The notes under the pieces were generated by a model. That model did not search any database, was not told the origin of the DNA, and saw only the letters and a list, made by a program, of their open reading frames with translations. From the NCBI GenBank assembly GCA_965219705.1, contig CBDCOK010000001.1:259-64258 (forward strand): DNA of 64,000 nt, written 5' to 3'. Shown one piece after another: positions 10,282 to 17,743 of the stretch; the stretch's first letter is position 1; every line of letters begins with the position of its first letter. Origin of the DNA: Chloroflexota bacterium (GTDB lineage Bacteria > Chloroflexota > UBA11872). A program made the translations under genes and the position numbers.

Positions 10282-10725
10282 TCACGTGGGGTTGAGCGAC
10301 GGGCTTCCTCCCGGCCATCGTCCCGCCTTGATCACCGCCTCAATCTTTCTGGCTTCCTCGTCGGTCGCGGTCATGTGGACTCGGAAAGCCAGATGGTCGC
10401 GAACGTATGCCTTTACCTGCCCATCGAAGCTCAGAGTGCCGGCGCTGATGTCGGCGAGTTGCGACGGCTCGAGCAACGGGAGGACGAGCCGGTCAGCGAT
10501 GTAGACGTTGAACCGGTCGCCGGCCCGGTTGCCGTTCGCGTGCTCTGCGAGTCGGCCGCGTAACCCCCTATTCTTGGTTGCCATTCCGACGTAGATGAAT
10601 GACCCGTCCTGGTCCCAGATCGTGTAGACGCCCCCCTCCTTCGTCGGCACGGTGCGTCGTACCTGCAGCCAACCCCTGAATTGGTGTAGCTGGCCATGCT
10701 CCAAGTCACGCTTCCAGTTCGCCAT
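10282..10725 (-). CDS. GIY-YIG nuclease-domain protein (147 aa)
   Basis: GGVYTIWDQDGSFIYVGMATKNRGLRGRLAEH fits the GIY-YIG motif. Confidence 0.55.
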   Translation of the reverse strand: MANWKRDLEHGQLHQFRGWLQVRRTVPTKEGGVYTIWDQDGSFIYVGMATKNRGLRGRLAEHANGNRAGDRFNVYIADRLVLPLLEPSQLADISAGTLSFDGQVKAYVRDHLAFRVHMTATDEEARKIEAVIKAGRWPGGSPSLNPT

Positions 10726-10859
10726 TGCCCCCCCTGTCTGGGCGAGTCAAATCGGCCGCGGCGAGGCCTTGAGGCCGGCGCGATCGTTGCGCTCGCGTGC
10801 CTGCACGGGCCTGCGGCGCTGGCAGGGGTTGCCGGAGCGGACAAGCTGCGCGTCGGCAC

Positions 10860-11652
10860 CCCGCGTCATTGAATACGCCCGGTCTCTAAATCACGATGCG
10901 CTCGATCTCGTCGACGCTGATCGTGTCCGCCGTCCGGTCGTAGAGCTTGGTCGTCTTCGGCGACGCGTGCCCGGCGATCCGCTGCGCGTGCTCGAGCGTC
11001 CCACCGTTCGACAAGTACGCCGTGATCCCCGTCGCCCGGAACGTATGGCAGCAGGTCGACGCCGACAGTTCCGCCGCCGCCGCCCGACGCTTGATCATCG
11101 CCAGGGACGAGCAGCCGCGACAGCGCCCGCCCCGTCAGCCTCTGCCCCGTCGGGTCGACGCTCTGGAAGAGCGGCGCCTTCGCTTCGCCCGGCCCGGCCA
11201 CCTCGAGGTAGCGTCGAGGGCCTCGCCCGCCCGGTGGTGGGCCGGGACATCGTGCCGCTTGCCGCCCTTTTCGTGGAGCCTCAGCCACCCCCGACTCCCC
11301 TGCCGGAAGTAGTCCGCCCGCCGCATCGCGACGACCGCGCTCACCCGCGCGAAGCTGTAGAGCATGACCGACAGAAGCGCCCGGTCGCGAATGCCCGCGA
11401 GCGTCCTGGTGTCGATCGCCTCGAGCAGCCGGCGGGCCTCGGCCGGCGAGAGCACCGGCGTCGCGCCCTTCGTGACCACATGCTCGGCCCCCGGACTGCC
11501 GCCGCCGGGTTCACCGGGAGGAGCTGGCTGACGACGAGCCAGTCGCCGAGCATGCGGATGGCGGCCAGGTGCTGCTTGACCGTGGGCGCCGAGCCAGGGT
11601 GGCTCCGGATGTAGGCCGCCACGTGCAGCGGCGAGACCGTCTCGAGCGCTAG
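10860..11652 (-). pseudogene. Tyrosine recombinase, degenerate copy (frameshifted, N-terminal part cut off by the IS1634 insertion; remnant continues at 13744-13812)
   Basis: Fragments in three frames: C-terminus ...HTFRATGITAYLSNGGTLEHAQRIAGHASPKTTKLYDRTADTISVDEIERIVI; middle ...RDRALLSVMLYSFARVSAVVAMRRADYFRQGSRGWLRLHEKGG; N-terminal part ...LETVSPLHVAAYIRSHPGSAPTVKQHLAAIRMLGDWLVV. After the IS, ...RTRAAYGRAVGQFLAWCEARGL. Confidence 0.6.
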
Positions 11653-13743
11653 CCCATGTTTACCAAGTTGACCGGCGATTTTGCCCTTTTTGGCGGTATT
11701 TTGAGGCGTGCGCACCCGCAACTTGTTGATTTTAAATGATCGGGATTTGGCAGAACGCGATGTAGTGCCATAATCGTATCGGTGTCCTTGCCCCGCGGTA
11801 GTACACCCCGCTATCGTGGCAGCATGTTCATTCGGCGCACCCAGACCCGCCGGACCGCTGACGGCAAGCCCTATTTCTCGCACCGCCTGGTCCACACCGA
11901 ACGCCTCGGTCACACCGTGTGTCAGCGCACGCTGCTCAACCTCGGGCGCCACTTCGACATTGCCCAGGCTGACTGGCCGCTGCTGTGCACCCGCATCACC
12001 GACGTACTCAACGGCCAAGCACCGCTGATGGCCGACTGCCCGCCCGCCGTCGAGCAGGAAGCGCAGCGCATCGCCGCGCAGTTGCTCGCCCGCGGTGCCG
12101 AGGCGAGCATGCCGACCGGCGCAGCGGCCGACATCCAGCGGGTCGACGTCGACTCGTTGCGCCTGGTCCGCCCCCGCAGCATCGGCGTCGAGCAGTTGGG
12201 TCTGTGGGCGCTCGACCAGGTCGGCCTGCCGGACTTGTTGGCCCGCCTGGGTGTCAACGGCGCGCTGCGCACAGCGGCGGCCGGCGTCATCGTCGGGCGC
12301 ATGGCCCACCCGGCCTCCGAGCGCGAGACGCACCGCTGGCTGCAGCAGCGCAGCGGCCTCGGCGAGTTGCTCGGCGTCGACTTCGAGACCGTCGGCGCCA
12401 TGCAGCTCTACCGCGCCTCGGACCAGTTGGTGAAGCATCGCGACGCGATCGAGGCGCACCTGTTCGACCGCGCCCTCGGGCTCTTCGACCTGCAGCCGAC
12501 CGTCACCCTCTACGACCTGACCAACACGTATTTCGAAGGCGAGGCGAGCGAGCAGCCGCAGGCCAAGCGCGGGCACTCGAAAGAGAGGCGCGGCGATTGC
12601 CCCTTGCTGACCCTCGGTCTGATGCTCGATGCCAGCGGCTTCGTCCGCCGCTCGAAGGTCTTCGCCGGCAACGTCCGCGAACACCGCACCCTGGCCGGCA
12701 TGCTCGACGCGCTCGACGCGCCGGCCGGCGCCCTCGTGGTCGTCGACCGCGGCATCGCTACCGAGGCTGCCATCAGCTGGCTCCGCGAGAACCACTATCG
12801 CTACCTGGTCGTCAGCCGCGAGCGTCACCGGCAGTTCGACGCCGACGCCGCCGTGTCGATCCAGACGCAGTCCAAACAGATCGTGCATCTGCACAAGGTG
12901 GTCGCCACCGACCCCGATGAGGTGCGCCTGTACTGCTACTCCGAGGAGCGGGCCGAGAAGGAACGCGGCATCGTCGAGCGTTTCGCCACCCGCTTCGAGG
13001 CCGCCCTGACCAAGCTCAACGACGGGCTGTCACGGCCGCGCGCCCACAAGCGCGTCGAACAGGTCTGGCAGCGCATCGGGCGCCTCAAGGCCCGGCATAC
13101 CCGCGTCGCCGCCCACTACCAGATCAACGTCACCGCCGACGAGACCGGCAACACGGCCGTCGCCGTCACCTGGACCCGCCGCCCGCAGGACGGCTCGATG
13201 CTCACCCATCCCGGCGTCTACTGCCTGCGCAGCAGCGAGACCGACTGGGACGAAGATACGCTCTGGCGCACCTACACCACGCTCACCGACGTCGAAGCCG
13301 TCTTCCGTTCGCTCAAGTCCGAACTCGGCCTGCGACCCATCTACCACCGCAAGCCGCGACGCGCCGACGGCCACCTGTTCATCACCGTCATCGCCTACCA
13401 ACTCGGCCAGCTCATCCGAACCCGCCTGCGCGCCCACGGCAGCCACGCCTGTTGGACCACCCTCAGACGTCTCGTCGAAGGTCAGCAGCGCGTCACCGCC
13501 ACCTTCCGACGGCCCGACGGCCGCACCCTGCACGTGCGCACCGCCACGCAACCCGAACCCGAGCAGCGCGCCGTCTACGACGCCCTCGGCGTCGACCCGC
13601 ACCCAAGCGGCGTCCGCAAGACGATCGTCTGACCCACCGACCGCCGCCCGCTTGGCACACGGTTGTAGTGCCACTCGAGCCGTTTCATCAGCGTAAGTCG
13701 TTGATTCTAAAATGCCTTGGATCTACCGTTGGTAAACATGGGT
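11653..13743 (+). mobile_element. IS1634-family (IS4 superfamily) IS, ~2.09 kb
   Basis: Terminal inverted repeats CCCATGTTTACCAA (11653) and TTGGTAAACATGGG (13730-13743). It interrupts the integrase pseudogene. Confidence 0.75.
11824..13632 (+). CDS. IS1634-family transposase (602 aa from the ATG at 11824)
   Basis: Long DDE transposase: MFIRRTQTRRTADGKPYFSHRLV...YDLTNTYFEG...VVDRGIATE...RSLKSELGLRPIYHRKPRRADGHLFI. The architecture is typical of IS1634/ISMac5-like transposases. Confidence 0.75.
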   Translation: MFIRRTQTRRTADGKPYFSHRLVHTERLGHTVCQRTLLNLGRHFDIAQADWPLLCTRITDVLNGQAPLMADCPPAVEQEAQRIAAQLLARGAEASMPTGAAADIQRVDVDSLRLVRPRSIGVEQLGLWALDQVGLPDLLARLGVNGALRTAAAGVIVGRMAHPASERETHRWLQQRSGLGELLGVDFETVGAMQLYRASDQLVKHRDAIEAHLFDRALGLFDLQPTVTLYDLTNTYFEGEASEQPQAKRGHSKERRGDCPLLTLGLMLDASGFVRRSKVFAGNVREHRTLAGMLDALDAPAGALVVVDRGIATEAAISWLRENHYRYLVVSRERHRQFDADAAVSIQTQSKQIVHLHKVVATDPDEVRLYCYSEERAEKERGIVERFATRFEAALTKLNDGLSRPRAHKRVEQVWQRIGRLKARHTRVAAHYQINVTADETGNTAVAVTWTRRPQDGSMLTHPGVYCLRSSETDWDEDTLWRTYTTLTDVEAVFRSLKSELGLRPIYHRKPRRADGHLFITVIAYQLGQLIRTRLRAHGSHACWTTLRRLVEGQQRVTATFRRPDGRTLHVRTATQPEPEQRAVYDALGVDPHPSGVRKTIV

Positions 13744-13811
13744 TAGGCCCCGGGCCTCGCACCAGGCCAGGAACTGCCCGACGGCCCGCCCGTAGGCCGC
13801 CCGCGTCCGCC

Positions 13812-14365
13812 AGGCCGCCCACGACGCCGGTGAGGAGCCGCCGGCCGGGCCGCTCACCCGCCAGGCCATCGAGGAGCTCGAGCGGCTGCGGGCCGACTTC
13901 CTCGGTATGGTCAGCCACGAGCTGCGCGCGCCGCTGACCTCCATCAAGGGTTCGGCCGCCACGCTGCTGGAGACCTCGTCGGACCTGGACCCGGCGGAGA
14001 TGCGCGAGTTCTTCCGGATCATCGCCGACCAGGCCGACCACATGCGCGGCCTCATCAGCGACCTGCTCGATGCGGGACGCATCGACTCGGGCACGCTCTC
14101 GGTGGCCCCCGAACCCTCGGAGCTGGCGGCCCTGGTCGACCGCGCGAGGAACACGTTCCTGAGCGGCGGCGGGCGGCACACCGTGCTCATCGACCTCCCG
14201 CCGGCGCTGCCCCCGGTGATGGCCGACCGGCGGCGCATCGTGCAGGTCCTCAACAACCTCTGCTCCAACGCCGCCAGGCACGCTCCCGAGTCCTCCCCCA
14301 TCCGGATCGCCGCGCGGCGCGACGGGGTGCACGTCGCGGTCGCGGTCTCCGACCAAGGCAAGGGC
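13812..14365 (+). pseudogene. Sensor histidine kinase fragment (HisKA + HATPase_c), both ends missing
   Basis: ...AIEELERLRADFLGMVSHELRAPLTSIKGSA (H-box) ...RRRIVQVLNNLCSNAARHAPESSPIRIAARRDGVHVAVAVSDQGKG. Flanked on both sides by ~50-bp direct repeats of integrase sequence (13759-13810, 14367-14418). Confidence 0.55.
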
Positions 14366-14567
14366 AGGCCAGGAACTGCCCCACCGCCCGACCGTAGGCC
14401 GCCCGCGTCCGCCGGTTCGCGATCCGCGCCGCGAAGAACTCGAGGAACTTCCCCACCGCCGCCGGCCCCGCGTCGACGACGAGCCGCGGCAACGCGAGCC
14501 CGCCCCCCTCGACGGCCGCCGGGCGCGGAGCGGTCATCCGCTCGACCAGCGCCACCTCTTCGCTCAT
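14366..14567 (-). pseudogene. Tyrosine recombinase N-terminal fragment
   Basis: MSEEVALVER...LVVDAGPAAVGKFLEFFAARIANRRTRAAYGRAVGQFLA, then breaks into histidine-kinase antisense sequence. Confidence 0.55.
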
Positions 14568-15190
14568 CGCGTCACCCCTCCCCCGCCGCCGGCCGCCTCT
14601 TCCCCGCCGACGAGCGCCTCGAAGCTCTCGTAGTCGTTCGTCAGCGCCTGGGCCAGCGCGAAGAGCCGCCCGACGGCCTCCTGCGCCCCGCCGAAGCGGA
14701 CCTCGATCCGGTCGGGCTCGACCGACACGCCCGCGGGCAGCCCCGCCAGGCGCGCCTCGAGCGCCTCGACGGGAACCGCCACGCGGATCCCGGTGAGCCG
14801 GGCCCGGCGGATCTCGGTCACGACCTTTTCGCGCCGCGTCTCCTCGTGGCGGAAGGCCGCGCGCTTCCGCTGCCTTCGGAGCTGGCGGAGGAGCTCGGCG
14901 CGCGGGAGGGTCAGCAAGTGCCCGGTCCGGCCGGCCCCGAAGGCCGTCATCAGCTGCGCGGCGCGGACCTTCGAGACACCGAAGAGGCGTTCGAGGTCGC
15001 GGCGCGTGAGGAGGTCCTGGTCGAGGTCCTCGAGCTGCTTGATCGCGTCCGGGATGGCGAGCAGCCAGCGCGGGCGGGCGGGCACGCCTCTACCCTGCCA
15101 ACCCTCGGCGGGTCTTGCGGTTGGGAGGATCTGCGGCGGCCACGGTGTGCGCCATGTTAGTGAACGGTCGTTCACAAGGCAAGGCGGCAC
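14564..15190 (-). CDS. Integrase-associated helix-turn-helix protein, Xis-like accessory (start uncertain)
   Basis: ...IKQLEDLDQDLLTRRDLERLFGVSKVRAAQLMTAFGAGRTGHLLTLPRAELLRQL... The same protein precedes the intact integrase at 42595-42987. The stop overlaps the integrase start (ATGA). Confidence 0.45.
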   Translation of the reverse strand: MPPCLVNDRSLTWRTPWPPQILPTARPAEGWQGRGVPARPRWLLAIPDAIKQLEDLDQDLLTRRDLERLFGVSKVRAAQLMTAFGAGRTGHLLTLPRAELLRQLRRQRKRAAFRHEETRREKVVTEIRRARLTGIRVAVPVEALEARLAGLPAGVSVEPDRIEVRFGGAQEAVGRLFALAQALTNDYESFEALVGGEEAAGGGGGVTR

Positions 15191-15218
15191 TGGTACTCGG
15201 TACGTAGGGCATAAAGCG

Positions 15219-15240
15219 GGTTATGGGATGGGCGGCGAGG
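15219..15240 (+). repeat. Direct repeat GGTTATGGGATGGGCGGCGAGG (right flank of DGR cassette; partner at 19363-19384)
   Basis: 21 of 22 nt identical to 19363-19384, same orientation. The pair brackets TR, RT, avd, target A and its promoter. Confidence 0.5.
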
Positions 15241-15432
15241 ACAACACGCCGCCAAAGAAAAGGCTCGCCGCTACGAAACGGCGGCCGGAGCCCGTCGCCC
15301 CCCCGTAGGGACCAGGACGGGCCCCGGCCGTGACGCCGCCGCGCTCATCCGACGGCGCCGGCTCATCATGACCGGCCCTGGACGCTCCCACGCTCGCCCG
15401 GCGCGGCCGTGACCGCGCCGGCTCCGGCAGAG

Positions 15433-15562
15433 GAGCGTGCTCGAAACGCGAAAACCGTTGTTGTCGTTCCGGTTGGCGGCGCGGTTCCTGTTGCGCGCGC
15501 CAGGCTGGAGGTTCTCGGCGTTGTTGTTCCACGAGCCGCCGCGCAGCACGCGACGGCCGGGG
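15433..15562 (-). repeat. DGR template repeat (TR)
   Basis: Minus-strand sequence CGTGCTGCGCGGCGGCTCGTGG-AACAACAACGCCGAGAACCTCCAGCCTGGCGCGCGCAACAGGAACCGCGCCGCCAACCGGAACGACAACAAC-GGTTTTCGCGTTTCGAGCACGCTC. In the target reading frame it would encode RGGSWNNNAENLQPGARNRNRAANRNDNNGFRV. Differences from VR-A lie almost entirely at TR adenines. It starts ~8 nt after the RT stop. Confidence 0.8.
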
Positions 15563-15567
15563 GCCGG

Positions 15568-15948
15568 TCAGGCCCCCGGGACCGGTTGCCCGCGAGGCGC
15601 GAACCACCCGTCCCGGAAGATCGCGCGGCGCAGACGCCACGTGTCGGCGTGCGCCGCATGCGCCACCCAGGCGCGAACCCGCTGCTCCACCTCGCTTCGC
15701 GTCACCGTGCCCGCCCGCCAGCGGTCGCGCAGCCCGCGCAGCCGGTTGCGGAAGCGGCGCACGTTCGCCTCCGGCAGCCGCCGACGGCCGCCCGGCCGCA
15801 GCTCGAACCCGAGGAACGTCGCCGGCGACGACGTCGCCGCCACGTGCGTCTTCGCCGGGTGCAGCGACAGCCGCCGATGCGCCAGAAATGCAGCCACGCG
15901 GCCGCGCCACGCCTCGAGCCGCACCGGGTCGTCGGCGAACAACGCGAG
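15568..15948 (-). CDS. DGR reverse transcriptase, exon 2 (C-terminal thumb region)
   Basis: ...(F)ALFADDPVRLEAWRGRVAAFLAHRRLSLHPAKTHV...FLGFEL...NVRRFRNRLRGL...VEQRVRAWVAHAAHADTWRLRRAIF has the typical DGR RT C-terminal organisation. It continues the YVDD motif of exon 1 across the intron. Confidence 0.75.
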   Translation of the reverse strand, partial: LALFADDPVRLEAWRGRVAAFLAHRRLSLHPAKTHVAATSSPATFLGFELRPGGRRRLPEANVRRFRNRLRGLRDRWRAGTVTRSEVEQRVRAWVAHAAHADTWRLRRAIFRDGWFAPRGQPVPGA

Positions 15949-16598
15949 GTGAGTCGCCCGGGGGAATCTCACCCCCGGGCGCTCGCAGAACTGTACGTGA
16001 ACGTCTCCGCTCATACAGCTCCCATCATCCAGCCGCCGGCGTGAACGGCTTCGCGTGGCTCGACGGCTCCTCCCGCGCGCGCGGTTGACCGTCGGGACAC
16101 GCTGGATGACGCGACCCCTTTGCTCCATCGAGTTTCCCCGACTTCATCGCTCGTACGGGTGCCTCGCATCGGACCTCTCATCCTTGGGGGTCGGCCCCTT
16201 GGATTTCTCCCTTCGCATCGAGGCGACAGGTTCCCACGTTCCGCACAAGGGCCTGGTGCAGGGTCACGCCACCTTTATGCCGGGTGCCGCCCAGCCAAGC
16301 TGCAGGCTCCCGCTGGACTCGTCCCGGGTTAACGACTCGCCCCGGTTTCGACACCGTCCCTACGCTTTCGACACGTTGCCGGTGGTTCATCCTCTTCGTC
16401 TCCCTGCACCCTACCTGACGCGGTCAAGCCGCGCCGTTTCCGTGACGCTTACCACCTCGGCTCTTGACCGAGGCAGCGCACGGCGGTTTGAAGCCTCCCC
16501 CTGCCGGGCGGCTCCGAGGGGCCTGCCCTCATCCCTCGTGCAGCATGGCTGCAGCTAGGTGGCCATCTCGGCCTCCTTTCCGCGCCTTCGTGGCGCAC
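15949..16598 (-). mobile_element. ORF-less group II intron (~650 nt) inserted in the DGR RT gene
   Basis: 5' end GUGCGCC (Ll.LtrB-like GUGCGCCC). Domain V GAGCUGUAUGAGCGGAGACGUUCACGUACAGUUC (plus 15988-16021) has the AGC triad, a GAGA tetraloop and a CACGUAC bulge. Domain VI GAGCGCCCGGGGGUGAGAUUCCCCCGGGCGACUC has a bulged A at -6. 3' end ...ACUCAC. Domain V-to-3'-end spacing is 73 nt. No ORF is present. Confidence 0.75.
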
Positions 16599-17304
16599 AA
16601 TCGTCGACGTAGCGCACATACGGCGCGCCGAGGGCCTCGGTGACGAAGTGGTCGAAGCGGTCGAGGTAGACGTTGGCGAAGAACTGGCTCGTCAGGTTGC
16701 CGATCGGCAGACCGCGCCGCCGCTCGTACGGCGTGAACAGGTCGTCGCCCGGATAGTAGATGTGCACCGGCTCCTGCGGGTTCGAGCCGTCCACGATCCG
16801 GTCGAGCACCACCAGCGTCCGCCGGCACGCGATGCGACGCCGGAGGTCGGCCTTCAGCACCTCGTGGTCGATGGCCGGGAAGTAGCGGAAGACGTCGCCG
16901 CGCAGGACCCAGCGGTATCGGTCGCGCAGCCGCTCGTAGCGCGCCACCGCGCGGTGCGTCCCCTTGCCCGCGCGGTTGGCGTAGCTGTGCGCGATGAACC
17001 CCCGCTCGAACACCGGCGCGACCACCGAGTGCACCGCGTGGTGCACCACCCGGTCGCGGAACGGCGCGGCCGAGATCATTCGGCGCTTCGGGTCGCGGAT
17101 CTCGAACGAGACGAAGCCGCCCGGCCGCCATGTCCCCGCCCGCAGTTCGCGCTCCAGCCGCAGGACCTCCGGCTCCAGGTTCGCGAGAAACCCCGCCGGC
17201 ACCGGCACCCGGCGCTTACCCGCCGCCGCACGCTGGGCCGCCGCGCACAGCGCCTCGAACGTCGCGATTCGCTCGAACAGCCCGTCAGCCCTGCGCCGCC
17301 TCAT
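16599..17304 (-). CDS. DGR reverse transcriptase, exon 1 (ATG at 17304; fingers and palm through YVDD)
   Basis: MRRRRADGLFERIATFEALCAAAQRAA...FRDRVVHHAVHSVVAPVFERGFIAHSYANRAGKGTHRAVARYE...GLPIGNLTSQFFANVYLDRFDHFV...APYVRYVDD. The IGNLTSQ motif is DGR-specific. The ORF then reads into the intron (DDCAPRRRGKEAEMAT*). Confidence 0.8.
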
Positions 17305-17602
17305 CCGCCTTCCGCCAGCCCCCGACGAGCCGGCCGGTCTCGTCGAGGACGCGCGCCGCGTGCTCGTAACGGCGCTCGTCGAGGTGCCCGAGATCCTTCG
17401 CGAGCCGGCACAGCAACCGCAGCTTCTCGATGCCCAGGTTGGCCGCCTGCAGGTGCCGGCGACGGTCCCGCGAATACGTCGCCTCGACCAGCCGCTCCAG
17501 CACGTCGAGCGCCGTCGCCTGCAGCCGATCCCCCAGCAGAAACTTCTGGCGGCGGGGAAACTTCTCCACCGTCGGCACCAGCCACAGCACGAACCCGTAC
17601 AT
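17285..17602 (-). CDS. avd: Avd-like DGR accessory variability determinant (four-helix-bundle family), ~105 aa
   Basis: MYGFVLWLVPTVEKFPRRQKFLLGDRLQATALDVLERLVEATYSRDRRRHLQAANLGIEKLRLLCRLAKDLGHLDERRYEHAARVLDETGRLVGGWRK follows the Avd / 23S-rRNA-IVS four-helix-bundle pattern (..FPK.eRf.L..ri...a....). It overlaps the RT start by 20 nt. Confidence 0.65.
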   Translation of the reverse strand: MYGFVLWLVPTVEKFPRRQKFLLGDRLQATALDVLERLVEATYSRDRRRHLQAANLGIEKLRLLCRLAKDLGHLDERRYEHAARVLDETGRLVGGWRKADEAAQG

Positions 17603-17743
17603 CGACTCCAGCGCGGGACCCGTCCGACGCCCGCCCCGGCCACGTCCGTCCGACGACGACACCATCCCGAATCCTGGGGGGCAACGCCCGGGCAACGCCC
17701 CCCAGACCCCCCTGAAAGATGTAAAGAGCTGAAGGGTCAAGAG

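Noticed and set aside
9992-10318. 108-aa ORF with ...GCLVAAHALVVAGTRDSDL (PIN/VapC-like C-terminal look) ending in the ISL3 copy 3 inverted repeat
   Set aside because: Only ~25 residues resemble a PIN C-terminus. The ORF overlaps the GIY-YIG gene stop region and runs into IS sequence. Evidence too thin to call.
15949-16598. Intein, or a simple frameshift/indel, as the cause of the split RT ORF
   Set aside because: The insert has stop codons in the RT frame and contains unmistakable group II intron domain V/VI sequence with GUGCG...AC termini. It is an RNA intron, not a protein-splicing element or a small indel.
15568-17304. RT interpreted as the intron-encoded protein of a conventional group II intron
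   Set aside because: The RT has the DGR-specific IGNLTSQ motif, an adjacent avd and a TR/VR pair. The intron lies inside the RT coding sequence (after YVDD) rather than the RT lying inside intron domain IV. No maturase or endonuclease domains are present.
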